Shown: piece by piece, positions 49,459 to 58,903 of the stretch
How positions within the stretch are numbered: position 1 is the first letter of the stretch
Layout of the letters: every line of letters starts with the position of its first letter
Assembly: GCA_035627015.1 (NCBI GenBank)
Contig: DASPMO010000039.1
Location: 11,470 to 75,469, forward strand
Direction: 5' to 3'
Length of the DNA: 64,000 nucleotides
Source of the DNA: Thermoanaerobaculia bacterium
Lineage (GTDB): Bacteria > Acidobacteriota > Thermoanaerobaculia > Gp7-AA8
Position numbers and translations under genes: made by a program
The notes under the pieces: generated by a model
The model's input: only the letters and a program-made list of their open reading frames with translations
Told to the model about the DNA's origin: nothing
Databases searched by the model: none

Positions 49459-50973
49459 TCATCGGAAGTACCCCCGATCCAGCGCCCGGTACTGTACCGC
49501 CTCGGCGAGGTGCGCCGACTCGATGCGCTCGCACCCGGCCAGGTCGGCGATCGTGCGGGCCACCTTGAGGATGCGGTCGTGGGCGCGGGCGGAGAGGCCG
49601 AGGCGCTCGATGGCGGTGAGGAGGAGGCGTTTCGAGGAAGGGTCGAGCTCGCAGTGCTTGCGGAGCTGGCGCGTGGTCATGTCCGCGTTGGCTTTGCGGA
49701 AGCGCTCGCGCTGGATCTGCCGCGCCGCTTCGACGCGCGCGCGGATGGCCGCGGACGGCTCGCCCGGCTCGACGGACGCAATTTCGTCGGTGCTGAGTGC
49801 GGCGACCTCCACCTGCAGGTCGACGCGGTCGAGGAGCGGGCCGGAGATCTTGGCCAGATAGCGCGCGATCCGCGTCGGAGTGCAGATGCACTCGCGGCGG
49901 GCGTCGTTGAAGAAGCCGCAGGGGCAGGGATTCAGCGCGGCGGCGAGCGTGAAACGCGCCGGGAAGGTGAGCGTGCGCGCGGCGCGGGCGATGGTCACGT
50001 GGCCGTCTTCCAGCGGCTGGCGCATCGCTTCCAGCGTCTCGCGGCGGAACTCGGGGAGCTCGTCGAGGAAGAGCACACCGTGGTGCGCGAGGCTCACCTC
50101 CCCCGGCCGCAGCGGCGTGCCGCCGCCGGCCATGCCGGCGGTGGAGATGGTGTGGTGCGGCGCCCGGAAGGGGCGCCGCGCGAGGAGTCCCGCGCCCGTG
50201 GGGAGCACGCCGGCGACGGAGTGGATCTTCGTCGTGACGATGGCCTCCTCCGGCGAGAGCCTCGGCAGGATGGTGGGGAGACGCCGCGCGAGCATCGTCT
50301 TCCCCGATCCCGGCGGGCCGATCATCATCACGTTGTGGCCGCCCGCCGCGGCCACCTCCAGGGCGCGCTTGGCCTGGGCCTGGCCGCGCACTTCCGCGAA
50401 GTCGGCGTCGTCGGTATGCTCCGCGCCGGCGGTGGAGATCGTCGGGGCGATGATCGTCTCGCCGCGCAGGTGCCGCAGCAAGGCCGGCAGGTGCGGTACG
50501 CCGATCACACGCACGCTGTGCACGGCCGCGGCTTCGTTCGCATTGGCCGCCGGGACGATCAGCTCGCGGATGCCCGGCTCGGTGGCCAGAGCGGCGGAGA
50601 TGGCGAGCGTGCCGCGGATCGGGGTCAGGGTGCCGTCGAGCGAGAGCTCGCCGACGAACACGCGCCCGGCGCTGTCGGCCTCGTGCAGCATCTCGAACGC
50701 CTGGAGCATCCCCACGGCGATCGGGAGGTCGAAGCCGGAGCCCTCTTTCCGCACGTCGGCCGGAGAGAGGTTGACGGTGACCGAGCGCCTCGGCGGGTAG
50801 AACCCGCAATTGACCATGGCCGAGCGCACGCGCGAGTACGACTCGCGCACGGCCGGGTCGGGCAGGCCGACCAGCGTGAACCCCGGCTGCTGCGCCTGCC
50901 GGGCGTCCACCTCGATGATGATGCGTACTGCTTCGATTCCGAGCGTCGCCGCGCTCCATACTTTGGATAGCAT
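49459..50973 (-). CDS. comM: YifB/ComM Mg-chelatase-like AAA+ ATPase
   Basis: VGLPD.AVRES, KEGSGFDLPIA, GELSLDG, GPPGSGKTMLARR, RAPHHT, LFLDELPEF, ALNPCPCG, SGPLLDRVD, LSARAHDRILKVARTIADL. Confidence 0.95.
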   Translation of the reverse strand: MLSKVWSAATLGIEAVRIIIEVDARQAQQPGFTLVGLPDPAVRESYSRVRSAMVNCGFYPPRRSVTVNLSPADVRKEGSGFDLPIAVGMLQAFEMLHEADSAGRVFVGELSLDGTLTPIRGTLAISAALATEPGIRELIVPAANANEAAAVHSVRVIGVPHLPALLRHLRGETIIAPTISTAGAEHTDDADFAEVRGQAQAKRALEVAAAGGHNVMMIGPPGSGKTMLARRLPTILPRLSPEEAIVTTKIHSVAGVLPTGAGLLARRPFRAPHHTISTAGMAGGGTPLRPGEVSLAHHGVLFLDELPEFRRETLEAMRQPLEDGHVTIARAARTLTFPARFTLAAALNPCPCGFFNDARRECICTPTRIARYLAKISGPLLDRVDLQVEVAALSTDEIASVEPGEPSAAIRARVEAARQIQRERFRKANADMTTRQLRKHCELDPSSKRLLLTAIERLGLSARAHDRILKVARTIADLAGCERIESAHLAEAVQYRALDRGYFR

Positions 50974-51065
50974 GGTGTGCGACCCGCCACGGAAATCCTT
51001 CCCCGGCGGGGAGTATCCCTCGGAGGCAAGAGAGTCGCAAGACTTCTCCATGGAGGAGAGCTTTC

Positions 51066-51365
51066 ATGCGTATCGCGGTACCGCACAACACGACCAAAGA
51101 GAACGCCCGCCAGAAGGTGGAGCAACGGCTGGGGCAGCTTCTGTCGCAGTTCGGCGGCCACGCCAACGACGTTTCCCATGAGTGGGTGGGCGACACGCTG
51201 CAGTTCAAGGGGAAGGCGAAGGGGCTGGCGCTGCAGGGGACGGCCGAGGTCACGGACGCGGCCATCATCATCGACGCGAAGCTGCCGCTGCTGGCGATGC
51301 CGTTCGAGGGGCGTATCCGGGAAGCAGTCCAGCGGGAAGCGGACTCGATGTTCCGGACAGCCTAG
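51066..51365 (+). CDS. Polyhydroxyalkanoate-system (PHA granule region) protein
   Basis: I.VPH....A...WVGDTLQF...GTAEV...LPLLAMPFEGRIREA pattern, 99 aa. Confidence 0.75.
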   Translation: MRIAVPHNTTKENARQKVEQRLGQLLSQFGGHANDVSHEWVGDTLQFKGKAKGLALQGTAEVTDAAIIIDAKLPLLAMPFEGRIREAVQREADSMFRTA

Positions 51366-51376
51366 GGATCGGGGCA

Positions 51377-51399
51377 AGCGGCGGGCGAAGCCCGCCGCT
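51377..51399. terminator. Hairpin between convergent genes
   Basis: AGCGGCGGGC-GAA-GCCCGCCGCT perfect 10-bp stem. Confidence 0.6.
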
Positions 51400-51406
51400 C
51401 CACTCT

Positions 51407-51625
51407 TTAGTTCACGTTGAAGATTTTCTTCAGCGCGTCGACATTCGGATCGACGAACAGGCGCCCATCGACTTCGAGCGCGGGGTCGGACCCGGCGTGG
51501 TGCGTGTACGACTTCTTGTTCTCGTCGACGCGTACGAGCTCGTGCTCGACGCGGAACTGCCGGAGAAACCCTTGGATCAAACTGGATTTATGTCTCTGTG
51601 TCCCGGGGAAGAACCTTACGGTCAT
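51407..51625 (-). CDS. Small Cys-free glutaredoxin-like hypothetical protein
   Basis: Strong RBS AAGGGAGGGG; PALEVDGRLF resembles the glutaredoxin cis-Pro loop; no CxxC. Confidence 0.6.
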   Translation of the reverse strand: MTVRFFPGTQRHKSSLIQGFLRQFRVEHELVRVDENKKSYTHHAGSDPALEVDGRLFVDPNVDALKKIFNVN

Positions 51626-51711
51626 CGCCTCCCCTCCCTTCACGTAGTAAAACGGCCCGATTGAACGGATTTGCAGACCTTAGGCCTGTTTTGTCCGCCT
51701 GTCAAATACGG

Positions 51712-51854
51712 GGTTGCTGGTTGTTGGTTGCTGGTTGGGGGTGGTTGGCGGGGAGGTGACACTTTTTGTTGTCGGTTATCGGTTGTCGGTTGCCTGCGAT
51801 GCCTGGAGTTCAGGCCATGCGGTGCAGACAACTGACAACTGACAACCGACAACC
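51712..51854. repeat. Heptamer-armed inverted-repeat element A
   Basis: (GGTTGYT)n at 51712-51737; (GGTTRTC)n at 51767-51792 facing (GACAACY)x4 at 51827-51854 around a 34-nt spacer. Confidence 0.85.
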
Positions 51855-51865
51855 ACCCGGCAACC

Positions 51866-53716
51866 TCACGCCACGACCGCTTCCCGGTACTGGATCTCGT
51901 ACAGCCGCCGATACAGCCCGCCGAGGGCCATCAGCTCCTCGTGCGTTCCCCGCTCCCGGATCTCCCCGTGGTGGAAGACGAGGATGGTGTCGGCGGAGCG
52001 GATGGTGGAGAGGCGGTGGGCGATGACGATGGAGGTGCGCCCCTGGAGGAGGGTCTGGATGGCGTCCTGGATGAGCAGCTCCGTCTCGGTGTCGATCGAC
52101 GAGGTGGCCTCGTCGAGGATGAGCACCGGCGGGTCGAAGGCAAGCGCCCGCGCAAACGAGAGGAGCTGCTTCTCCCCCACCGACAGCCCCGCCCCCCGCT
52201 CCTTGACCGCCGATGCATACCCCTCGGGCAGCCGGGCGATGAAGCGGTCGGCCTGCACGCGCACGGCGGCGGTGCGGATCCGCTCCTCGCCGAGGTCCGG
52301 GTCGCCGAGGGAGATGTTGTCGGCGATCGTGCCGGTGAAGAGGAAAAAGTCCTGCTGGACGATGGCGAAGAGGCGCCGCAGCGACTGGAGCGAGTACTCC
52401 CGCAGCGGGACGCCGTTGAGCAGGATCTCGCCGCGCTGGATCTCGTAGAAGCGCAGCAGCAGCGCGGTCACGGTGGTCTTCCCCGCGCCGGTGTGCCCGA
52501 CCAGCGCCACGCGCGCCCCCCGCTCGACGCGGAAGGAGACGTTCTTCAGCACCCAGTCCGGCTCGTTATAGGCGAACCAGACGTTGCGGAACTCGATCGA
52601 CTGCAGCTCGCGGATCTCGCGCTTCCCCGAATCGGGGATCTGCACCGGTGTGTCGAGCAGCTTGAACACGCGCTCGCTCGCGGCCATGGCCGCCTGGAGG
52701 ATGTTGTACTTTTCCGAAAGGTCGGAGATCGGCTGGTAGAAACGCTGCGAGTACTGGAAGAAGGCGATCAGTGCGCCGATGGAGAGCGTCCCCTGGATGA
52801 CCTTCCCGCCGCCGTACCAGACGATGAGTGCCAGTCCCACGGTCTCGATCAGCTCGATCATCGGGTAGAAGACGGCGTAGTAGAAGATCGAGTCGATGTT
52901 CGCGTCGCGGTGGCGCTTGTTCAACTGGTCGAACTTCTCCCCCTCCTGCTCTTCCCGGTTGAAGAGCTGCACCGTGGACATGCCGGAGATGTGCTCCTGC
53001 AGGAAGGCGTTGATGGCGGCGATGCGCGCCCGCACCTGCCGGTAGGTGACGCGCGCGCCGCGGCGGAACCAGATGGAGACGAGGATGATGAACGGGGTGA
53101 TGGAGAAGAGCACCAGCGCCATGCGCCAGTTCATCCAGAACAGCACGCCGACGATGCCCGCCAGCACGAAGAGATCGCCGAAGATGGCCACGAAGCCGGC
53201 CGTGAACATCTCGTTCAGCGCGTCGACGTCGGTGGTGACGCGGGTCATCAGGCGCCCGACCGGGTTGCGGTCGAAGAACTGCACGTCGAGCTTCTGCAGG
53301 TGCGCGAAGATCTGCTTGCGCAGGTCGTACATGATGTACTGGCCCATGAGGTTCATCAGGACCATCTGCGTGTAGAGCACGACGAAGCCGCCGCAGAGCG
53401 CGAAGAGATAGAGCCCGGCCGCGATGTTGATGCCGGTGACGGGGTCGAGGACGATCCCGTTCGCCGCCAGCCATTCCGCGACGCGCGCGCTCACGCCGAT
53501 CGGCGCGTTCCCCTGCGGCCTGACGAAGAGGTCGATGCCGATGGCGGTGATGGCCGGCCCGGCCAGCTCGAGGATCGACGAGATGATGACCAGGAAGACC
53601 GAGAACGCGGCGCGGACGCGGTACGGCCGGAGGTACCGCAGCAGCCGCCGCGTGAGATGCGCGTCGAAGGCCTTGGCGCCTTCGTCTTCGTGCTTTTCGA
53701 TGACCGTGTCACTCAT
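51866..53716 (-). CDS. ABC transporter permease/ATPase (MdlB-like half transporter)
   Basis: TMD, FFDRNPVGRLMTR, GHTGAGKTT, LSVGEKQ, LILDEATS, IAHRLST. Confidence 0.93.
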   Translation of the reverse strand: MSDTVIEKHEDEGAKAFDAHLTRRLLRYLRPYRVRAAFSVFLVIISSILELAGPAITAIGIDLFVRPQGNAPIGVSARVAEWLAANGIVLDPVTGINIAAGLYLFALCGGFVVLYTQMVLMNLMGQYIMYDLRKQIFAHLQKLDVQFFDRNPVGRLMTRVTTDVDALNEMFTAGFVAIFGDLFVLAGIVGVLFWMNWRMALVLFSITPFIILVSIWFRRGARVTYRQVRARIAAINAFLQEHISGMSTVQLFNREEQEGEKFDQLNKRHRDANIDSIFYYAVFYPMIELIETVGLALIVWYGGGKVIQGTLSIGALIAFFQYSQRFYQPISDLSEKYNILQAAMAASERVFKLLDTPVQIPDSGKREIRELQSIEFRNVWFAYNEPDWVLKNVSFRVERGARVALVGHTGAGKTTVTALLLRFYEIQRGEILLNGVPLREYSLQSLRRLFAIVQQDFFLFTGTIADNISLGDPDLGEERIRTAAVRVQADRFIARLPEGYASAVKERGAGLSVGEKQLLSFARALAFDPPVLILDEATSSIDTETELLIQDAIQTLLQGRTSIVIAHRLSTIRSADTILVFHHGEIRERGTHEELMALGGLYRRLYEIQYREAVVA

Positions 53717-53728
53717 GGTTCATTCGGT

Positions 53729-53814
53729 GTTGCTGGTTGCTGGTTCCTGGTTCGTTGCGGTGCTGCGCCTGAAACCCAGGCATCGCAATGAACCAGCAAC
53801 CAGTAACCAGCAAC
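53729..53814. repeat. Heptamer-armed inverted-repeat element B
   Basis: (GTTGCTG)n 53729-53753 facing (CAGYAAC)n 53790-53814; spacer hairpin GCCTGAAACCCAGGC. Confidence 0.85.
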
Positions 53815-53829
53815 GAGCGCCGCGGGCGC

Positions 53830-55563
53830 TCACGCGATGTCCTCCAGCTCATCCTCGATGGTCTGCCGCCGGTACAGGTCGGCGTAGTAGCCGCCGCGCT
53901 CCACGAGGGTGTCGTGCGTGCCGCGCTCGACGATGCGTCCTTCGTCCAGCACGACGATGTGATCGGCGTCTTTCACCGAGGAGACGCGATGCGAGACGAT
54001 CAGCACGGTCCTCCCCTTCCGGATGCTCCGCAGCGCCTGCAGGATCTTCTCCTCGGTGTGGGTATCGACGGCGCTCAGCGAGTCGTCGAGGATCAGGATC
54101 AGCGGATCGCGGACGAGGGCGCGGGCGATGGCGGTGCGCTGCTTCTGCCCTCCCGACAGGGTGATACCGCGCTCGCCGATGACGGTCTTGATCCCCTGCG
54201 GGAAGCCGGCCACGTCGGTCGAGAGGCCGGCCTGCTGCGCCGACTGCTCGACTGCCTCATCGTCCGCCGCGGCGTTGCCGAAGCGGATGTTCTCGGCGAT
54301 CGACTCGGAGAAGAGGAAGGTCTCCTGCGGCACCATGCCGATCCACTCGCGCAACTGTTTGACCGGGATGGCCTCGATGGGGCGCCCGTTGAGAAAGATC
54401 GTCCCGGGCGGCGGCTCGAACGAATGCGTGAGCAGCGAGAGCAGCGTCGACTTGCCGCTGCCGGTGCGGCCGACGATGCCCACTGTCTCGCCGTGGCGGA
54501 TGCTCAGGTTGATGTCGCGCAGCACGGGACGCGTGTCGTACGCGAACGTGAGGTCGCGGATCTCGAGGTTCCCCTCCGGCACCATCTCCACCCGCCCGGC
54601 GACGTCGGCCGCCGGCGCGACGCTCCACACTTCGTGCAGCCGGGCCATGGCGGCCATGCCGCGCTGGAAGAGGTTGATCACCCAGCCGAGGGCGATGAGC
54701 GGCCAGATCATCCGGCCGAGGTAGAACTGAAAGGCCACGAAGGCGCCGAGGGACATCGTGCCGGCCAGGATCTTCCGGCTGCCGAGGAAGAAGACGAAGA
54801 CGAACATCAGCCCGATGAGCACGTGCAGGGCGGGATAGAACGTGGCGGTGAGGCGGATCAGCGAGCGGTTGCGCTCCACGTAGTCGCGGTTCATCCGCTT
54901 GAAGAGGTCGATCTCGTTCTCCTCGCGCGTGAACGCGCGCACGACGCGCACGCCGGAGAGGTTCTCCTGCACGCGCGCGGAGATCTCGCCGAAGGCGTCC
55001 TGCACCGCGCGGGTGCGGTTGTGGATGCGCCGCCCGAAGATGGTGACCATCCCCGCCACGAGCGGCACGGCCGCGAGCGACAGCAGCGCCATGGAGGCCT
55101 CGGTGCGCAGCATCATCGCGAACGCGCCGGCGACCACGAGCAGCGACGACAGCGAGTGCATGACCGCCGGGCCGATGAGCATGCGCACGTTGGCCAAGTC
55201 GTTCGTAGCCCGCGACATCAGGTCGCCCGTGCGCTGCTCCTGGTAGAACCGCAGCGGAAGCTTCTGCAGGTGCCTGTAGAAGTCGTTCCGCATGTCGTAT
55301 TCCATGTGGCGCGACACGCCGATGATGATCGAGCGCTGCAGGTAGAGGAACACCCCCTCCATGATCGAGGCGCCGATGAGCAGCAGCCCGTAGCGCAGCA
55401 GCGTCGCCCGCGTGAACCCGCTCCCCAGCTCGTTCACCGCGCTCCCGACGATGTACGGCTTGGCCAGCGAGAAGGCGGCCGAGCCGATCACACACACCGC
55501 GCCGATGGTCAGTCGTGCTTTGTAGGTGCCGAAGTAGTGGAGGAGGCGGCGGAGCGGGGTCAT
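53830..55563 (-). CDS. ABC transporter permease/ATPase (MdlA-like half transporter)
   Basis: GDLMSRATND, GRTGSGKST, LSGGQKQR, LILDDSLSAVD, VSHR. Confidence 0.93.
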   Translation of the reverse strand: MTPLRRLLHYFGTYKARLTIGAVCVIGSAAFSLAKPYIVGSAVNELGSGFTRATLLRYGLLLIGASIMEGVFLYLQRSIIIGVSRHMEYDMRNDFYRHLQKLPLRFYQEQRTGDLMSRATNDLANVRMLIGPAVMHSLSSLLVVAGAFAMMLRTEASMALLSLAAVPLVAGMVTIFGRRIHNRTRAVQDAFGEISARVQENLSGVRVVRAFTREENEIDLFKRMNRDYVERNRSLIRLTATFYPALHVLIGLMFVFVFFLGSRKILAGTMSLGAFVAFQFYLGRMIWPLIALGWVINLFQRGMAAMARLHEVWSVAPAADVAGRVEMVPEGNLEIRDLTFAYDTRPVLRDINLSIRHGETVGIVGRTGSGKSTLLSLLTHSFEPPPGTIFLNGRPIEAIPVKQLREWIGMVPQETFLFSESIAENIRFGNAAADDEAVEQSAQQAGLSTDVAGFPQGIKTVIGERGITLSGGQKQRTAIARALVRDPLILILDDSLSAVDTHTEEKILQALRSIRKGRTVLIVSHRVSSVKDADHIVVLDEGRIVERGTHDTLVERGGYYADLYRRQTIEDELEDIA

Positions 55564-55580
55564 ACGTGGCGCATTCTATC

Positions 55581-55690
55581 GAGCGATGAGCGATGAGAGA
55601 TGAGCGATGAGCAGAGGGCGCCGGTTCATCGCTCATCGTTCATCGCTCATCGTTCATCGCTCATCGCTCATCGTTCATCGTTCATCGCTC
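55581..55690. repeat. Heptamer-armed inverted-repeat element C
   Basis: (GAGCGAT)x4.5 at 55581-55612 facing (YTCATCG)x9 at 55625-55687, 12-nt spacer. Confidence 0.9.
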
Positions 55691-56059
55691 CAACGCCTCC
55701 TTCAGCGGCAGCCTCTTCATCTCCTGCAGCGTGATCCGCAGCACCGATCCAAGCGTGAAGCCGGTCGGAAAGCAGTGCGGGATGCGCAGGCCGGCGCCCG
55801 AGAGCTCGAGGAAATCGAGGGGCGGCTTGCGGCGCGCGAGCACGTACACGAGCTTGCGCGGGAGGTCTTCCCGGTCGTCGACGTTGAGGTGCAGCGGCTG
55901 GAGGTAGTAGCCGAAGTGCATGTCGCGCAGCGCGGGCATTCCTCCCGCGAACTCGGGGAGCGTGACGCTGAGGCTGAGCGAGCCGAAGATCCAGTTCTCC
56001 TGCGCGAACTCGCCGCGCCAGAAATCCTCTTCTTCCCCGGTCAGGTGCTCCAGCCGCAT
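55682..56059 (-). CDS. Hypothetical protein
   Basis: ATG overlaps thioredoxin stop (TGATG); 125 aa of globular-looking sequence; stop lies in heptamer arm. Confidence 0.6.
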   Translation of the reverse strand: MRLEHLTGEEEDFWRGEFAQENWIFGSLSLSVTLPEFAGGMPALRDMHFGYYLQPLHLNVDDREDLPRKLVYVLARRKPPLDFLELSGAGLRIPHCFPTGFTLGSVLRITLQEMKRLPLKEALER

Positions 56060-56532
56060 CAGCGGGCGCGCTCCATGATCCGCTCGAACTCGGCGCGCCC
56101 GCGAAAACCTTCCATCCGCTGGCGCTCCGCCCCGGCGCTGGCTGCGAAGACGACGGTCGGGAAGCCGCGCACGTTGTAAGTCCGCTGCAGCTCCGCGACC
56201 TCCGGCGGATTGCTCCCCTCCTCCCGCTGCCGGTCGACGACCCGCACGGGGATGAAGCGCTCGTTGATGGCCCTGGCGATGGCGGGGTCCTGGAAGACTT
56301 CGCCGTCCAGCATGTGACACGGCCCGCACCAGTCGGCGGTGAAGTCGAAGAGGAGCGGCCTGCCGGTCGCGGCGGCGAGGCGCAGCCCTTCCTTCGGCGT
56401 GTGCCAGCGCACGAGGGAGCTCTTCGCCGGCGCGTCACTCTTCGTCGTCTGATGGAGGACGCGCGCGCCGAGGAGGAGCGCGGCCAGGATGAACAGCGCG
56501 ATTGGGACATAGCGCTGGCTAGTCCGCACCAT
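56059..56532 (-). CDS. Membrane-anchored thioredoxin-family protein
   Basis: N-terminal TM/signal, LFDFTADWCGPC, VRGFPTVVF. Confidence 0.92.
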   Translation of the reverse strand: MVRTSQRYVPIALFILAALLLGARVLHQTTKSDAPAKSSLVRWHTPKEGLRLAAATGRPLLFDFTADWCGPCHMLDGEVFQDPAIARAINERFIPVRVVDRQREEGSNPPEVAELQRTYNVRGFPTVVFAASAGAERQRMEGFRGRAEFERIMERAR

Positions 56533-57250
56533 ACGGCACCTCCCTGCGGCGGAACGCGAGACACGCCAGCAGCAGCGCGATCGCGGCGTTGGACAGCACC
56601 ATCAGCGTCCAGCCGGTGTCGAAGCGCGGCGGCACCGGCAGGTCGGGGTAGAGATTGCGGTCGATGACCATCAGCCCGCGCTCGATCCCGGTGTGCGCCT
56701 TGAGGAAGCGGCCGACGGCGTTGTCCGTCTGGCGGATGAACGCGAAGACGACGCTGCTCAGGCCCAGCCCGATCAACCCCACGAGGTAAATGCCGATGTT
56801 GAAGTACGCGCGCGTGAGACTGCCGAGGAGCGCCAGGAACGAGACCGTGAGGATCGTGTCCGTCGCGCAGTTGAGGAGCGCCGTGCCGATGGCGCGCGCC
56901 TGCAGTCCGCTGTCGCCCCACAGCGCGCGGCCGGCCAGCTCACACAGCGCGGCCACGATTCCCGCGAGCCAGACCACGAGCACCACGCCGGTCACGCGCG
57001 ACACGAGATAAACGGCGCGGTTCACCGGCTTGACGAGGATGAGCTGCAGCGTCCCCGACGAGAACTCCGGACCGACCACGCCACAGCCGGTGACGAACGC
57101 GAGCAGCACCAGCAGCCCGGGCCACGCTGCTGCGGGCCTGTCGAATACCGAGGTAGCGAACGCCGCCAGGACGAGCAACGCCAGGAACGTGAGGTAGCCG
57201 ATGTGCGTCACGTGCCGCCGCACGGTCTCCAGGATCACGACCGGACTCAC
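56519..57250 (-). CDS. ABC-2 transporter permease (GTG start)
   Basis: EFSSGTLQLILVKPVNR..YLVSR EAA-like motif, multiple TM helices. Confidence 0.85.
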   Translation of the reverse strand: MSPVVILETVRRHVTHIGYLTFLALLVLAAFATSVFDRPAAAWPGLLVLLAFVTGCGVVGPEFSSGTLQLILVKPVNRAVYLVSRVTGVVLVVWLAGIVAALCELAGRALWGDSGLQARAIGTALLNCATDTILTVSFLALLGSLTRAYFNIGIYLVGLIGLGLSSVVFAFIRQTDNAVGRFLKAHTGIERGLMVIDRNLYPDLPVPPRFDTGWTLMVLSNAAIALLLACLAFRRREVPYGAD

Positions 57251-58107
57251 GCCGCACCTCGGAAGATGCTCTCGAGATCGGTGGTGTGCTTTCTCACGTC
57301 GACGATTCCGGCGCCGCCGTCCACCAGCTCTTTCACCAGCCGAGCGATGTCCTGCTCGCTCTCCACGGTGGCGATGAGGACGTTGTCGCGCAGCTGAGCG
57401 TTGGGGATGTGCTGGACGTCGAAGCCCGGCAGCATGGTGATGGCCACGACGATGCGGTCCACCTGGCGGAGCGTTTCCGCGCGCTCGATGACGCCGCGGT
57501 GGAGGAAGAGCACGCGGTCGCAGACTTTCTCGATCTCCGCGAGCTGGTGGGAGTTGAGGAGCACCGCCGCGCCGCGCGCCTTCTGCTCGGCGATCAGGTC
57601 GCGCACGAGCAGCACGCCGTTCGGGTCGAGCCCCGAGGTCGGCTCGTCGAGGAAGAGATAGTCGGGCTCGTGGATCAGCGCCTGGCTCATGCCGATGCGC
57701 TGGAGCATGCCGCGCGAGTACTGCGAGAGCCGCTTGTCCGCCGCGCCGGCCAGGCCGATGCGCTCGAGCATGGCCCGGCTCTTGGCGTCGGCGTCTTTGA
57801 CCTCGGCCAGGCGGGCCATGTAGCGGAGGAAGTTCCACCCTGTGGCGCCGCGGTCGAAGTTCATCCGCTCCGGCACGAACCCGGTGCGGCGCCGGACGTC
57901 GAGATCGTCGTTCGGCCGGCCGGCGATGGCGATCTCCCCCGCGTTCGGCCGCAGGAAGCCGAGGAGACACGACATGAGGGTCGTCTTCCCGGCCCCGTTC
58001 GGCCCGATGAGGCCGACCACCTCGCCCGGGGCGATGTCGAGATCGATGCCCCGCAGCACTTCGTGAGCACCAAACGCCTTGCGCAGCGCACGGACCCGGA
58101 CGCTCAT
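57247..58107 (-). CDS. ABC transporter ATP-binding protein
   Basis: GPNGAGKTT, YSRGMLQR, LFLDEPTSGLDP, NSHQL. Confidence 0.95.
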   Translation of the reverse strand: MSVRVRALRKAFGAHEVLRGIDLDIAPGEVVGLIGPNGAGKTTLMSCLLGFLRPNAGEIAIAGRPNDDLDVRRRTGFVPERMNFDRGATGWNFLRYMARLAEVKDADAKSRAMLERIGLAGAADKRLSQYSRGMLQRIGMSQALIHEPDYLFLDEPTSGLDPNGVLLVRDLIAEQKARGAAVLLNSHQLAEIEKVCDRVLFLHRGVIERAETLRQVDRIVVAITMLPGFDVQHIPNAQLRDNVLIATVESEQDIARLVKELVDGGAGIVDVRKHTTDLESIFRGAA

Positions 58108-58346
58108 GCCTTGCGCGCGCGCAGCCCCTCGACGATCTCGTCGAACTTCGCCTGATGGAAGGCGTCGATCCGCCCCTGCACCCCCGCCTCGTCGGTCACT
58201 TCTTCGGTGTACACCTTTTTCAACGCCCCCCCGAGATAGACCTTCGTCTCGATGCGCGGATGCGGCCGCGGGAAAAACTCGGTCTGGATGGTGAGCTTCT
58301 TGGCGCCGACGTCGATGGCGTCGAGGCGGCCCATGGGGTCTTGCAT
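58104..58346 (-). CDS. Small hypothetical protein
   Basis: 80 aa, stop overlaps next ATG, IQTE....PHPRIETKVYLGGA...H...V pattern. Confidence 0.6.
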   Translation of the reverse strand: MQDPMGRLDAIDVGAKKLTIQTEFFPRPHPRIETKVYLGGALKKVYTEEVTDEAGVQGRIDAFHQAKFDEIVEGLRARKA

Positions 58347-58363
58347 GCGGGTGTCAGTCTAAC

Positions 58364-58903
58364 GTTGTTGCTGGTTGCTGTGTTGCTGGTTCGTGGTGGT
58401 GTTTCGTAGAATAGACACTCCACACCGTCCGCACGATTCGTTCGCGCGTTGATGCTCCCTCCGCACTGCAACGATGCTATGCCGAAAAAGACATTCGAGG
58501 ATCTTCGTGCGTTTCAGCGTGCGCTCGATCTCATGGTCGACGTGTACACCGCGACCGAGCGGTTTCCGAAGACGGAGCTGTATGGATTGACATCGCAGCT
58601 CCGCCGGGCAGCATGCTCGGTCGTGAGCAACATCGCCGAGGGTCAGGGGCGGCTGACGTACGGCGAATGGCGACAGCGTCTCAGCGACGCACGCGGGTCG
58701 CTCTACGAAGTACAAGCCCAAGTCATCGCTGCGCACAAACTCCAGTTTCTGGGAAGTGGGGCCGTAGAACATCTGAAGAAACGGGCCCGACTGGCCGCGG
58801 TGGAACTGCAAGGCCTCATCACCTGGGTTCAAAAGCGTGAGCTCGCCGCGAAACGCCCCTCAGGCGTAACACCGCCACGAACCAGCCACCAACAACCAGC
58901 AAC
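58364..58903. mobile_element. Heptamer-armed inverted-repeat element D enclosing a four-helix-bundle gene
   Basis: Left arm GTTGTTGCTGGTTGCTG-TGTTGCTGGTTCGTGGTGGTGT; right arm ACACCGCCACGAACCAGC-CACC-AACAACCAGCAAC; same heptamer as element B. Mobility is inferred, not shown. Confidence 0.6.

Noticed and set aside
47070-49460. Prophage or IS element
   Set aside because: No integrase, transposase, terminal IRs or phage genes; only the comM direct repeat supports integration
55581-55690. Heptamer arrays as CRISPR or coding VNTRs
   Set aside because: Units are 7 bp with no unique spacers and no cas genes; peptides such as SSLIVHR and QQPAT are spurious translations
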